64,000 nt of DNA from Eledone cirrhosa (taxonomy: Eukaryota), in assembly GCA_964016885.1 (NCBI GenBank), contig OZ024741.1, positions 321,966,001-322,030,000 of the forward strand, given 5' to 3'. A program made the position numbers and the translations under genes. Below, piece by piece: positions 16,601 through 30,380 of the stretch. Under the pieces are notes generated by a model. That model was given only the letters and a program-made list of their open reading frames with translations. It was not told the origin of the DNA and did not search any database. Every line of letters starts with the position of its first letter. The stretch's first letter is position 1.

Positions 16601-17799
16601 TATATATATACATACATATATACATACATGTATATATACATACATGTATATATACATACATGTATATATACATACATGTATATATACATGTATATATACA
16701 TACATGTATATATACATACATGTATATATACATACATGTATATATACATACATGTATATATACATACATATATATATACATACATATATACATACATACA
16801 TATATATGTACATACATATATACATACATACATATATATATATATACACATACATATACACATACACACATACACACACACGTGTGTGTGTATGTGTGTA
16901 TGTATGTGTGTGTTGTATAAAATTTGATATAGATAAAATTGAGAGACACAATAAAACTGAGAAATATATAGAAGTGAACAATTATTTCAAGAGTTTATAT
17001 AACTCTGAAATAACAATCATTGCATTTGTTATCCCAAGGGATGGTTTATTGTCAGTTTAAAAAGCAACAACAAAAAACAAGACATATATTCTAGAATGTT
17101 GTGTCTCAACCATAATATAATCAGCTGTATCCAAACAACAGTCAACAATCAGACAGAAGTAATACTCTAGTGGAAATTAAAAACAATTAAGACTGATATT
17201 ACACAGAAATAATATATTTATGTGTTATGATGGTTTAGCAAGGAAAATACGACAATGTTCAGCTGTCATTAAATGTTAAATATATATACACAAACACACA
17301 CATATATATACACACACACACACATACACATATATACATACACACATATATATACATACACACATATATATACATACACACACATCCATATATATATACA
17401 TACACACACACACACATATATATTTGTGTATATATACACATATATACCTATATATAAATACGTATTTGTGTTTATATACAATTATATATATAAATACATA
17501 CACACAACACACATTTATATATCATCATCATTGTTGTTTTAACAACACCCACTTTCCATTTATATATATATAAATCATCATCGTTTAATGTTCATTTTCC
17601 ATGCTAAAGTTATATCTGTATACACACAGACTCTATAACCATGACTGCACCAATGTGTATATAAATATATGCATATTTAATATGCCAGAAAGTACAGATT
17701 TCTCTACATATTGACAAATGATAAACACCTTTAATATATATATTATGATTTATCAAAATACCAAGGGATAGAAATTTGATAATGTAGAAATATCAAGTA

Positions 17800-17983
17800 C
17801 AGAAAATAACTGTAACAACAGACGACCACAATAAATGATAGCTTAGAAAATTAGTTAAATTACTTCTAAAGAGGGAAAAAGTAGCCAGTAGCTGCTACTA
17901 GCTACTTTTTCTGTCTCTAAGGGTATTTTACCAGATCTAAGGTATTATTTATCACGGTCAGCTGTTGTTACAGTTATTTTCTG
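17800..17983. mobile_element. Palindromic MITE-like element
   Basis: 22-bp terminal inverted repeats CAGAAAATAACTGTAACAACAG / CTGTTGTTACAGTTATTTTCTG, plus a central hairpin GAAAAAGTAGCCAGTAGC-T-GCTACTAGCTACTTTTT. Confidence 0.7.
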
Positions 17984-18600
17984 CAATCTGGTGGTCTACA
18001 TGTTATGTGTACCCAGTACAACATGTAAACTGTTTGGTGATAGGAAGGCCATCCAGCTATAGAAAACGTACCAAATAGAGTAGAGAGGACTCTTCAGTTG
18101 TGTCATAGACATAACAACCTCTCTAGTGTTGGTAATTTACTCGATAAACGCACTCAATACACCCTGTAAAGTGGTTGATGATAAGAAGGGAATCCAGCTG
18201 CAGAAAATCTGCCCCCCCCCCCAAAAAAAAAGGGTTGGCAAGACTCTTCTGCTAAGCCAAGGATATGACAATAAAATGCACACAGTAAAGCATGGGATCA
18301 ATCCGTGATGACATATCCAACCCTTGCTAGCAGGGAAAATGGACATTAAACAATGATGACAATAATAATTTTTTCTGTTTGAATATATAAGATGGTTTCA
18401 AGTGAAAGGTGTCAACCATCTCATCTTAGTAATTAACATCAAGTGTAAAGAAACAAACCAATTAATTGGTATATTTCTAATTGCTTATTGGAATCGAATA
18501 TTTGCATATTTATTCATACATATATCATCATCATCATCATCATTTTACGTCCGCTCTTCCCTGCTTGCAAGGGTGGGACCAATATATATATATATATACA

Positions 18601-19503
18601 ATATGTTGAAAAGGTAACACACTAGAGAGAGATACAGTGCGCCATCAATAAAACAGGGAAAAACCAGCAGTGTATGGAATCTATAACCTATGAAAGGCAG
18701 GGTAGACACACGTGGGTGTTATATAGTTATAGAGGTATGTATATACACTTTAATTTATATTTTTAATTATAGTGTGTCTACCCTGCCTTTCATAGGTTAT
18801 AGATTCCATACACTGGTGGTTTTTCCCTGTTTGATTGGTGGCGCACTATCTCACTCTGGTCTGTTACCTTTTCAACATATTGTATTTTAAAGAGCTCAGG
18901 ATTCCTTCTCCTTTGAGCACATTACTGACAGGGAATAGCGAGAATCTATGACTCTGTTAATTTATTGTGTTATTTCGCTCCTTATAACAGTCTTTCCTCT
19001 CTCTCCGTTTGGTTGAGCACACTTCTCTGTGTGGTTTTGGGCTGCCCTTTCTAGCAGCTCGTCCCTCAGACACCACTGGTTCCCTGCCCTAAACACACTG
19101 TGACTTCTCTCTCCCACATGTAGCTGGACAGTCGCTTTAAATTCTCTTAGAGTTGTCTGAACTGTATAGCCTTACACACGCTGATGAACCATGGACTATT
19201 TATTTCTGTCAACAACTTACTGGTGAAACAGATCTCTTTGGATTTGTACGTGTGTGTTATATAGTTATAGAGGTATGTATATACACTTTAATTTATATTT
19301 TTAATTACTGCGTGTCTACCCTGCCTTACATAGGTTATAGATTCCATACACTGGTGGTTTTTCCCTGTTTGATTGATGGCGCACTATCTCTCTCTAGTGT
19401 GTTACCTTTTCAACATATTGTATTTTAAAGAGCTCAGGATTCCTTCTCCTTTGAGCACATTATTGACATGGAATAGCGGCAGTCTATGGCTCCGTTAATT
19501 TAT

Positions 19504-19508
<5 letters not shown>
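18601..19508 (+). mobile_element. Penelope-like / retrozyme insertion: inverted partial copy (18601-18711), full 538-bp unit (18711-19248) and partial direct copy (19249-19508)
   Basis: 18711-18968 is repeated at 19249-19508. 18601-18711 is the reverse complement of about 18772-18880. The HHR sits at the unit boundary. TA tracts on both sides. Confidence 0.85.
19173..19256 (+). ncRNA. Type I hammerhead ribozyme with a full stem III
   Basis: TACACACG-CTGATGA-ACCA(29 nt)TGGT-GAA-ACAGATCT(CTTT)GGATTTGT-A-CGTGTGTG. GUA cleavage triplet, predicted cut after 19248. Stem I is extended by ACTGTATAGC/GTTATATAGT. Confidence 0.85.
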
Positions 19509-19560
<52 letters not shown>

Positions 19561-19561
19561 T

Positions 19562-19949
19562 GTATACAGATGGTGGATGGGTGCTACACGAGAATGGAGC
19601 CTCCCAAAAGTCAGCTCAAAAGTGACACAGAGGAGACTGAGGTTAGCTGGACATGCTCACTGACATCCAGAGTTGACATTGCACTCAGTGCTCCTATGGG
19701 AGCCCCTGCATGGACAAACTGGAAGAGGAAGACCAAGGTTAACATATGTTGATGCTCTAAGGACAGACACTGGTCTGTTGGAGACGCAGGACATGGCAGC
19801 GATAATGAGGGACAGAGACCGCTGGAGAGAACTCGTCCATGGATCTCGGGAATTTTACTCGCCCTAGATATATATATATATATCTAGGGCGAGTAAAATT
19901 CCCGAGATCCATGGACGAGTTCTCTCCAGCGGTCTCTGTCCCTCATTAT
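19562..19949 (+). mobile_element. RTE-like LINE 3' end followed by an inverted copy of its last ~65 bp
   Basis: Encodes LLWEPLHGQTGRGRPRLTYVDAL...DRDRWRELV. Perfect palindrome 19802-19949 centred on a (TA)n run. Confidence 0.8.
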
Positions 19950-20225
19950 ATGCATATATATCTATGTGTGTGTGTGTATGTATATATAATTGCAGCTATA
20001 TAAAAACATATATACACAATGCGAGTAATAATAAATATTACCCAATTACAAGTATGAAAATAGCTCAATGTAAAATACCAAGTATACCACAGAGCCAAAA
20101 TACAATATATGCATTTATATTGTATATGTAGGTGTGTGTGTATATATGTTGTATATATATATATAGATATATATACATATACATTGATATTAAATAAATG
20201 GAAACTATATTTATAAAACCATATT

Positions 20226-20286
20226 TATTCTATTATATATATTTCAAGGGTACCAAAACTTAGGTATGCTATCATCAGATAAAATA
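20226..20286 (-). ncRNA. Degenerate type I hammerhead motif
   Basis: Minus strand: TATTTTAT-CTGATGA-TAGCATACC(8 nt)GGTACCCTT-GAA-ATATATAT-A-ATAGAATA. Stem I is 8 bp and stem III is palindromic; stem II is partly mismatched. Confidence 0.55.
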
Positions 20287-20357
20287 CAAAATGTTTTATA
20301 ACTATTTGACATAACCAAGGATAATATACCTTAACGGTTCAAGTTATCCCTGGAAAG

Positions 20358-20399
<42 letters not shown>

Positions 20400-20939
20400 T
20401 GAAGCTGGGATGAAAAATAAAAGATAAAAATGTAAATCAACTTTGAGGCGACAAAAAAATGACAGTTTTTCTGTCTATCTTGGAATGTGTTTCAATGTTG
20501 GACACAACTAAATAAAGAACAAAAAACAAACTAAAAACAAAACCAAAATTAAAAATTATAATATTCTGTGAAAAAAATTAGTTATTTAAAAACATAATTG
20601 CTTTTTGTAGTTGGGAGTATGTGTGGTGAAGATAAGAGAGGGATGTATGTTATATATAACTTATCGATTATTTTCATTGATTTGAATGTAAAACATTTCT
20701 ACTCTCATTTTTTCCCCGTTTTTTTGCATGCATTTTTATATCAATTTTTGCCATTCATTTTTGCATGCTAACATGAGGGGGGTGGCCTTTTTACTGAAAA
20801 GCTTCTTTTTACAGCCAGATACCCTTCTTATTACTACTGACCACTTAACCTCAAAATAAGGCATAGAAGATTTTTCAGTAAGTGTATATTATGTGTAGGA
20901 ATCTGTGTGTTGCTGTTGGACCTCTGTTAGACAATTACT

Positions 20940-21203
20940 GTTTCAGTTGTCTGATCTATAGAACTATCTGCTTGTGAAGTTAATGAGCATATGGCTGAGA
21001 CACATGCACTCTTAACAGCATCGCACAGTGTGTGGCAAGGAGGGCCCTTTTGAAATACAGATACAACTAATTTTTTCAGCTGGCTGGATTGAAACAATAT
21101 GTAATAAAGTGTCTTGCTCAGAAACATACTTCAACCCTGAGAATTGAACTCCTGACTTTATAATCATGAACTGAACATCCTTACCATTCATCCACATGCC
21201 TTC
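20940..21203 (-). mobile_element. tRNA-derived SINE, degenerate
   Basis: The reverse complement contains a B-box-like GAGTTCAATTC and CTGAGCAAGACACTTTATT. Body is similar to 40134-40415. Confidence 0.65.
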
Positions 21204-21809
21204 ATGAATAGCAGAGTACATATGTTATATACTGAGCTTGTTTGTGAAGTATTTTTTAAATTAAAAATAAATAAATAAACAACAAAAATTAAAAAAAGCA
21301 ACAACTAAAAATCAAAATAAATAAAACAACCCCCTCTCCCCACATGACACCATCTTAGGTGCACTTAATCACCATATCTTTGTGCCACCTCTGCAGGATA
21401 AGCCATTATTAATATCAGGTGAGAAAGTCACTTAGTATTTATTGCTAAAGTATTTAGTAGATTGTTGTCGTAACAGGTGTTTTGTTTCCTTTTGATCTTC
21501 TTTTAATTAGTTTAGAGGAGTAGGTAAATAGTAAAGGTGATATTTATAAGGCTTATATTACTACAAACTCCATATACACTACGGAAGTATGAACTACTGT
21601 TTGTGAAGTTTGAAAGTATATAGAGTTAAAAATGATTTTTTAGCTGAAATTTTACGTTTCGAAACTTTGAGTAGAAATTCAGCAAAAAAGTGAAAAAAAC
21701 ATTATGGAAAGGGTGTACCAAGGAGACCATTATTCAGAGCTTTCAGCACTAGTGGAAGGAAGGGTCTAAGATATTTATTCATGTTCCAAAACATAGATAT
21801 TTAATAAAC

Positions 21810-21920
21810 TGTTCTAAAATATTGTCAGGTGTTCTAAGTTATTTAGTTGGCTGTTCTAAGATATTTAGTCGGGTGTTCTAAGATATTTAGTAAAGTGTTG
21901 TAAGATATTTAGTCAGGCGT
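21810..21920. repeat. 22-bp minisatellite, about 5 copies (GTTCTAAGATATTTAGTCGGGT-like)
   Basis: Directly visible. Confidence 0.75.
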
Positions 21921-22486
21921 TATATATATAAATATATAAACTTTTATTTGAAGCTGAAGTGCATTGTTCACAGGCTGCTGTGGGAAACTTGCCCCAATCC
22001 TTTCTTATCAACATTTCCACAGAAGTGTAGCTGGTTCAACACAAGCCTTCACCATTATAAAAAATCCATTTGTGTGGATAGCTCAACAGTTCTACCAGTT
22101 CTATTTATTTGATATCCTACCATTAACACAAAGTAAAGGGCATTACAGGAAATCCTTATCTGGAACTCTACACAGTGGTGACTACCAGATGATGGCCATT
22201 CTTACACAAATTTTGAGTGATTTGTATTTTTCGCGTCCTCTGGTGGGGACAAAACAGGTCTTTTTTTTAGACATAGCACTGCTTTTCATACACAGACAAC
22301 TGCGTTGGTAAGGACATGTGATATGCATGGATGATCATTGGTGGATGAAGAAGTCGAGGTAGACAAAATTGCTGAGATTCACATAGATGATGATGAAGGA
22401 ATGCAATGAGTGGAGAAATGGTGTGCTGAAAAGGACTTGTTCAAAGACGTAAAAACGATATATATATACATATCTATATACATACC

Positions 22487-22521
<35 letters not shown>

Positions 22522-22547
22522 AAATAAATATATATCTAAATAAATAT

Positions 22548-22579
<32 letters not shown>

Positions 22580-22899
22580 AATATATATATATATAAATAT
22601 ATATATATATCTAAATATATATATATCTAAATATATATATATCTAAATATACAGTATTTTCCGTTGTGTGTAATATAAATATTACACACAGTAGATTATC
22701 AGCTCACGTAGAGTTTGCTCGACGGTTCCAGTTGTAGTTCCAAAAGTAATCCAAATGAAATGACAGTAAATAATAACATTGAAATATTGAATGTCTGCAT
22801 AACTAAAAGTTTGTAGATAGCTGTTTTAGGTTATGTAACTGTTATAGAAACACGTGTCAATAAATTCCTTTCAACTAAACTGTATCCATTCAAATCTTT

Positions 22900-24140
<1,241 letters not shown>

Positions 24141-24220
24141 TAGGAGGTGAGTTTTATTGTAGTACAATAAAGCAATGCAGATATCGGATAAGAAGCACTC
24201 TACAGTTTGTGGGACTGGAG

Positions 24221-24481
24221 TATGCATAATATAAGATCAAAAGATGGTTAAAGGAGTTCCATATATTTTATTATGCGCATTTCAAAAACAAACATCATCA
24301 AGCAATAATATTTGTGTTTTCATCAGATAAAACAGGAGAACATGATAGCCTTCAGATCATGTTCTCCTGTCTTATCTGATGAAAACACAAATATTATTGC
24401 TTGATGATGTTTGTTTTTGAAATGCGCATAATAAAATATATGGAACTCCTTTAACCATCTTTTGATCTTATATTATACATA
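24221..24481. repeat. Near-perfect palindrome (about 126-bp arms, 9-nt spacer) with a hammerhead motif in each arm
   Basis: Arms are 24221-24346 and 24356-24481; spacer AGCCTTCAG. Confidence 0.92.
24369..24437 (+). ncRNA. Type I hammerhead ribozyme (mirror copy on the minus strand at 24265-24333)
   Basis: GT(C/T)TTAT-CTGATGA-AAACACAAATATTATT(GCTT)GATGATGTTTGTTTTT-GAA-ATGCGCAT-A-ATAAAAT. Long stem II, palindromic stem III, AUA triplet. Confidence 0.75.
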
Positions 24482-26140
24482 TATATATATATATATATAG
24501 ACATATATATATATATACATACATATATATATACATATATATACATATATATACATATATAGACATACATATACATATATAGACATACATATATATACAT
24601 ACATAGACATACATATATATACATACATATATATACATATATATATATATACATATATATACATATACATATACATATATATATACATATACATATACAT
24701 ATACATATATATATACATATATATACATATATACATATATATACATATATATATACATATATATACATATATATACATATATATACATATATATACATAT
24801 ATATATACATATATATACATATATATACATATATATATACATATACATATATATACATATATATACATATATATACATATATACATATATATATATACAT
24901 ATATATATATACATATATATATATACATATACATATATATATATACATATATATATATACATATACATATATATATATACATATATATATACATATATAT
25001 ATATACATATATATATACATATATACATATATATATATACATATATATATACATATATATATACATATATATATACATATATATATACATATATATATAT
25101 ACATATATATATACATATATATATACATATATATACATATATATACATATATATATACATATATATATACATATATATACATATATATACATATATATAC
25201 ATATATATACATATATATACATATATATACATATATATATATACATATATATATATACATATATATATACACATATATATATACATATATATATATACAT
25301 ATATAGACATACATATACATATATAGACATACATATATATACATACATATATATACATATATATATATATACATATATATACATATACATATACATATAT
25401 ATATACATATACATATACATATACATATATATATACATATATATACATATATACATATATATACATATATATATACATATATATACATATATATACATAT
25501 ATATACATATATATACATATATATACATATATATATACATATATATACATATATATACATATATATATACATACATATATATATATACATATATATATAC
25601 ATATACATATATATACATACATATATATATACATATACATATATATACATATATATACATATATATACATATATATACATATATATATATACATATACAT
25701 ATATATATATACATATACATATATATATATACATATATATATATACATATATATATATACATATATATATACACATATATATATACATATATATATACAT
25801 ATATATATACATATATATATACATATATATATACATATATACATATATATATATACATATATATATACATATATATACATATATATACATATATATACAT
25901 ATATATACATATATATACATATATATACATATATATATATACATATATATATATACATATATATATACATATATATACATATATATACATATATATACAT
26001 ATATATACATATATATATATACATATATATATATACATATATATATATACATATATATATACACATATATATATACATATATATATATACATATATATAT
26101 ATACATATATATATATACATATATATATACATATATATAC

Positions 26141-26172
<32 letters not shown>

Positions 26173-26214
26173 ATACATATATATACATATACATATATAT
26201 ATACATATATATAC

Positions 26215-26269
<55 letters not shown>

Positions 26270-26283
26270 GAGAGAGAGAGAGA
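24482..26283. repeat. (TA)nCA microsatellite ending in (GA)n
   Basis: Directly visible. Confidence 0.95.
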
Positions 26284-26900
26284 GTATATATGTGTACACA
26301 CACACATATATATATACATGCACACACATGTATGTATAATGTAAATCTATAAAAAACAGCTACAACAGCGATAAAACTATTGATGAGGGGGAGCTATGGT
26401 ATGAAGAGAATTCAAGGTTGACATTTCGAAAAGCAAGAAGATGTTTGCTACGTTTGTAAAGGTAGCAAACATTTCAAGAAGGTAGCAGTGCTGACATTAG
26501 ATAGAACTCAAAGACATGTTCCAAAAGGTCAAATACTAAGCAAAGCTCAATTAGAATAGTCTTCATTGACTTTCTCCACCATTTCCCACTAGTCCCCCCC
26601 CCCCCCCCCCCCCCCTCTCTTTCCGCCTTTACCATTATCCCTTCCTCCCTCTCACCACCCTCTTCATTCTCAGTTGAATATAAACTTACTGTTTTCTTCC
26701 TATGAAGTTCCAAATATTCTTTGAATTCTCAACATCTGAAGAGGAATAATGGTGGTGGTTTCTAGGATATAAATCTTAATTATCAATGTCGGTTTATGTG
26801 TATGTTTATTATCGGTATGATCAGTTGTAAAAATGTTACAACACCTCCAGGTAAGCTGAGTATATAGACTAACAAGAAATACAGATATATATATATATAT

Positions 26901-27062
26901 AGGAAAAAGAATGACCCCCGACTGCAGAGCTCAAGCTGTTTCAATGGCTATTTCTGGACTCAGTCCAGGGGTCATACTTTTTCCTATTACCCACTCTACT
27001 ACCCTAAGTATTGAGTACTCTGGTGCTTTATGGTCCATCTGGTTCCTTACCACAATTCCTTC

Positions 27063-27066
<4 letters not shown>
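26901..27066 (+). mobile_element. About 165-bp interspersed element within (TA)n; second copy in reverse orientation at 58136-58298
   Basis: Both copies share TTCCTATTACCCACTCTACTACCCTAAGTAT...GGTTCCTTACCACA.TTCCTTCATTA and have matching end points. Confidence 0.7.
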
Positions 27067-27149
<83 letters not shown>

Positions 27150-27152
<3 letters not shown>

Positions 27153-27336
27153 GGCGCATGGCTTAGTGGTTAGAGATGATAGGGACCCTATCATCTCATT
27201 TCTACAGCTGAGTAAACTGGAGCAATGTGAAATAAAGTGTCTTGCTCAAGGAAACAACACATCACCCGGTCGGAGAATTGAACTCACAACCTTTTGATTG
27301 CAAGCCCAATGCTCTAACCACTAAGCCATTCACCTT
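27150..27336 (-). mobile_element. SINE head in fold-back arrangement
   Basis: A plus-strand head GAAGGCGCATGGCTTAGTGGTTAGAG is followed by a minus-strand copy of the 5' ~160 bp of the SINE seen at 52490. Confidence 0.8.
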
Positions 27337-27392
<56 letters not shown>

Positions 27393-27404
27393 TGTGTGTG
27401 TGTA

Positions 27405-27435
<31 letters not shown>

Positions 27436-27439
27436 TTTT

Positions 27440-27543
27440 TAATAAACAACATAAGGCAATTATTCCATTTACCAGTGGTTTCTTAAAAGAAACCTTTTAA
27501 GAAACCACTGGTAAATGGAATAATTGCCTTATGTTGTTTATTA
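27440..27543. repeat. Perfect palindrome, 50-bp arms, 4-nt spacer
   Basis: TAATAAACAACATAAGG...CTTAAAAG-AAAC-CTTTTAAG...CCTTATGTTGTTTATTA. Confidence 0.95.
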
Positions 27544-27618
27544 CATAACTATTAAGCTCTGTTACCTACATAGAGCACTCTTTTTTCCGGGACTTTTCCG
27601 ACGGAATTACTTCATTCA

Positions 27619-27755
<137 letters not shown>

Positions 27756-27756
27756 C

Positions 27757-28001
27757 CACATGGCTTAGTGGTTTGAGCATTGGGCTTGCAATCAAAAGGT
27801 TGTGAGTTCAATTCTCAGACCGGGTGATGTGTTGTTTCCTTGAGCAAGACACGGAGGTGCCACGGCAAAAAAGCACCCACCACTCACTGTAAATGAGGTT
27901 GGTGTTAGGAAGGGCATCCAGCTGTAGAAATCAAGCCAGAATCAGTTCCCGTCCCACCCTTGCTAGCAGGGAAAAGCGAACATAAAATGATGATGATGAT
28001 G
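27757..28001 (+). mobile_element. tRNA-derived SINE, internally deleted copy
   Basis: A box TGGCTTAGTGG, B box GAGTTCAATTC, TTAGGAAGGGCATCCAGCTGTAGAAA block and (ATG)n tail. Confidence 0.85.
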
Positions 28002-28014
28002 ATATACATACATA

Positions 28015-28114
28015 CAGGGTGTCCCCCAAAAATATATACACACTTCAAAAGCATTCTAATAAATATTTCCTGTACAAGTAATCAAAGTATGTATACATTT
28101 TTTGGGGGACACCT

Positions 28115-28116
<2 letters not shown>
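28015..28116. mobile_element. Tc1/mariner-type MITE (second copy at 62545-62645)
   Basis: TIRs CAGGGTGTCCCCCAAAAA / TTTTTGGGGGACACCTTG, with TA on both sides. Confidence 0.8.
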
Positions 28117-28150
<34 letters not shown>

Positions 28151-28165
28151 TATATGCACACACAC

Positions 28166-28204
<39 letters not shown>

Positions 28205-28520
28205 ATGTGTGTGTGTGTACGTTCGTGTATGTATGTATGTAAGTGGGTAAGAACACATCCATTTGCAGAATACTGAAGCACTTATACATTAATTCACAAA
28301 CTAGGCTATCTGTTGATCAGATGATTTTGTGATCATCATCCTTATACCAGTGACCACTATCTCACATCTCAGTTTACACACTCATACACACACACACACA
28401 CACAAATATAGTTTCCATTTGTTAATATATTGTATATTTACTCCAATAATTTGTTGAGTGCTTTATATCAGTTATAAAAATATTTTGCTTGTTGTATCCC
28501 AACAAATTAAATATAACCTC

Positions 28521-28557
<37 letters not shown>

Positions 28558-28658
28558 CTTGATAGTTTATAAACCCAGTTTATATATATATACAAATATT
28601 GTTTTTGCTCTTATCGTGGTGGATACCTAAATGTATTCAGTCGTGAATACATTTATAT

Positions 28659-28724
<66 letters not shown>

Positions 28725-28767
28725 CTATATATATATCTTGATAGCTTATAGACCCAGAGACCCAGTT

Positions 28768-28800
<33 letters not shown>

Positions 28801-28942
28801 GTTAAATAAATAAATAAATGTATATGTTAAATAAATAAATAAATATATATATATGTTAAATAAATAAATAAATATATATATATGTTAAATAAATAAATAA
28901 ATATATATATATATATGTTAAATAAATAAATAAATATATATA

Positions 28943-29222
28943 TCATCATCATCATCATCATTTTATGTCCGCTTTTCCCTGCTTGCAAGGGTGGGACGGG
29001 AACTGATTCTGGCTTGATTTCTACAGCTGGATGCCCTTCCTAACACCAACCTCATTTACAGTGAGTGCTGGGTGCTTTTTTGCCGTGGCACCTCCACGAC
29101 CACTTTGCAGTGGAATGATAGGGACCCCAGTCCCCATCATCTCATTTCTACAGCTGAGTAAACTGGAGCAATGTGAAATAAAGTGTCTTGCTCAAGGAAA
29201 CAACACATAATCCGGTCTGAGA
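28943..29222 (-). mobile_element. SINE, 5'-truncated copy of the 52490 family
   Basis: The reverse complement is nearly identical to 52555-52830. Confidence 0.88.
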
Positions 29223-29358
29223 ATAGTGTAGGTAGTACAGTGAAATACTGGTATTGGTACCAAATCAAGCATTCTATGCACAGGCAGGTGTATATAATAG
29301 AAAAAAATGAGGAAGTTTCGTTTACATATGAAAAATGTTTGTATATTGACACCATTAG

Positions 29359-29391
<33 letters not shown>

Positions 29392-29415
29392 CACATACAC
29401 GTATGTATATATAGA

Positions 29416-29760
29416 TATCTTTCTTTATTTGCCACAGGGGCGTACAAAAATGGGACATTGCAAGACATGACAGCGGGGCTTTTACATAAAATCTTTAACA
29501 ATGATGAATAACAATAAACTATATATAAAATAAAATAAAACAATCGAAATCCCCATTAGGGAGGAACGTTACTGCGGGATTGTTTTACATGTTGTGGATA
29601 GAACAACCCTAAACACCAGGAACACGTTTTGTAGGTGTTCCCGTCTTCCCTCTGTCTATCTTCCTCAACCTACAGGTTTATATACAGAGAAAGCCCATTT
29701 TTGGGGGGCCTTTTTCGCCACATTCACTCACCTTTCAGCGAATTTACTGGGGCGTAGCAC
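29416..29760 (-). mobile_element. Tx1-clade LINE 3' end
   Basis: The reverse complement aligns with about 41893-42240, including CCCCTGTGGCAAATAAAGAAAGATA. Confidence 0.85.
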
Positions 29761-29854
29761 ATAAAGATACAATAAATAAATAAATAAATAAATAAACAAT
29801 TGTTTCTGACATTTTAAAATAATTTGGTGTGACTGTATATCTATCTATCTATCT

Positions 29855-30380
29855 GTCATGATCAAACCGCCACCCTCCTTCAAAAACGAAGGAGAGGTGG
29901 TTTTCCTTTGTGTGATAGCTCTGGCGAAAGAGGTTGTATGGTGGACAAGGTTGAAAGGGCTGAGGTCAGACATCTTTCTCTCCAGCCAACAACTGATTCT
30001 TTTTTTCAAATACCACTTTGGAAGAAGAATCAGGATGGAGAGAGAGAGGTGCTGTACCCCAGCAAGTTTTATGAAAGGTGGGTGAAAGTGGTGAGAATGG
30101 CCCGAGTGAATGGGTCTTCTCTCTATATCAGCCTGTAGGTTGAGCAAAAGGAGGAGGAGAGGAAAGGAGTACAAACTCTTCGTACTCCTGGAGATGAGGG
30201 TTGCACATTTTTTCGGGGGTATGTGTTACCCATATGAACTGTCTCCCCCTATTGGGGAAAAAAATCGACTAATTTTTTAAATTGCATCTGTGATAACATT
30301 TTACACGTTTTTATTGTATGTAAACTTCCTCCTTTGTATTTGTCCCCTTCTTTTGTGCCCCTGTGGCTAATAAAGAAACA
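29855..30380 (+). mobile_element. Tx1-clade LINE 3' end (related subfamily)
   Basis: Encodes PSFKNEGEVVFLCVIALAKEVVWWTRLKGLR, nearly identical to the 41278 ORF. Ends CCCCTGTGGCTAATAAAGAAAC followed by (TATC)n. Confidence 0.85.

Noticed and set aside
21964-22311. 115-aa ORF as a possible host exon
   Set aside because: TTG start and no recognisable domain. Its end runs into an RTE fragment (RQLRW). No convincing splice context.
22848-22865. GAAACACGTGTC-AATAAA, resembling the 3' half of a PLE hammerhead
   Set aside because: No upstream CTGANGA or stem I partner was found. At best a truncated remnant.
26736-26790. CTGAAGAG motif
   Set aside because: No stem II followed by GAAA downstream.
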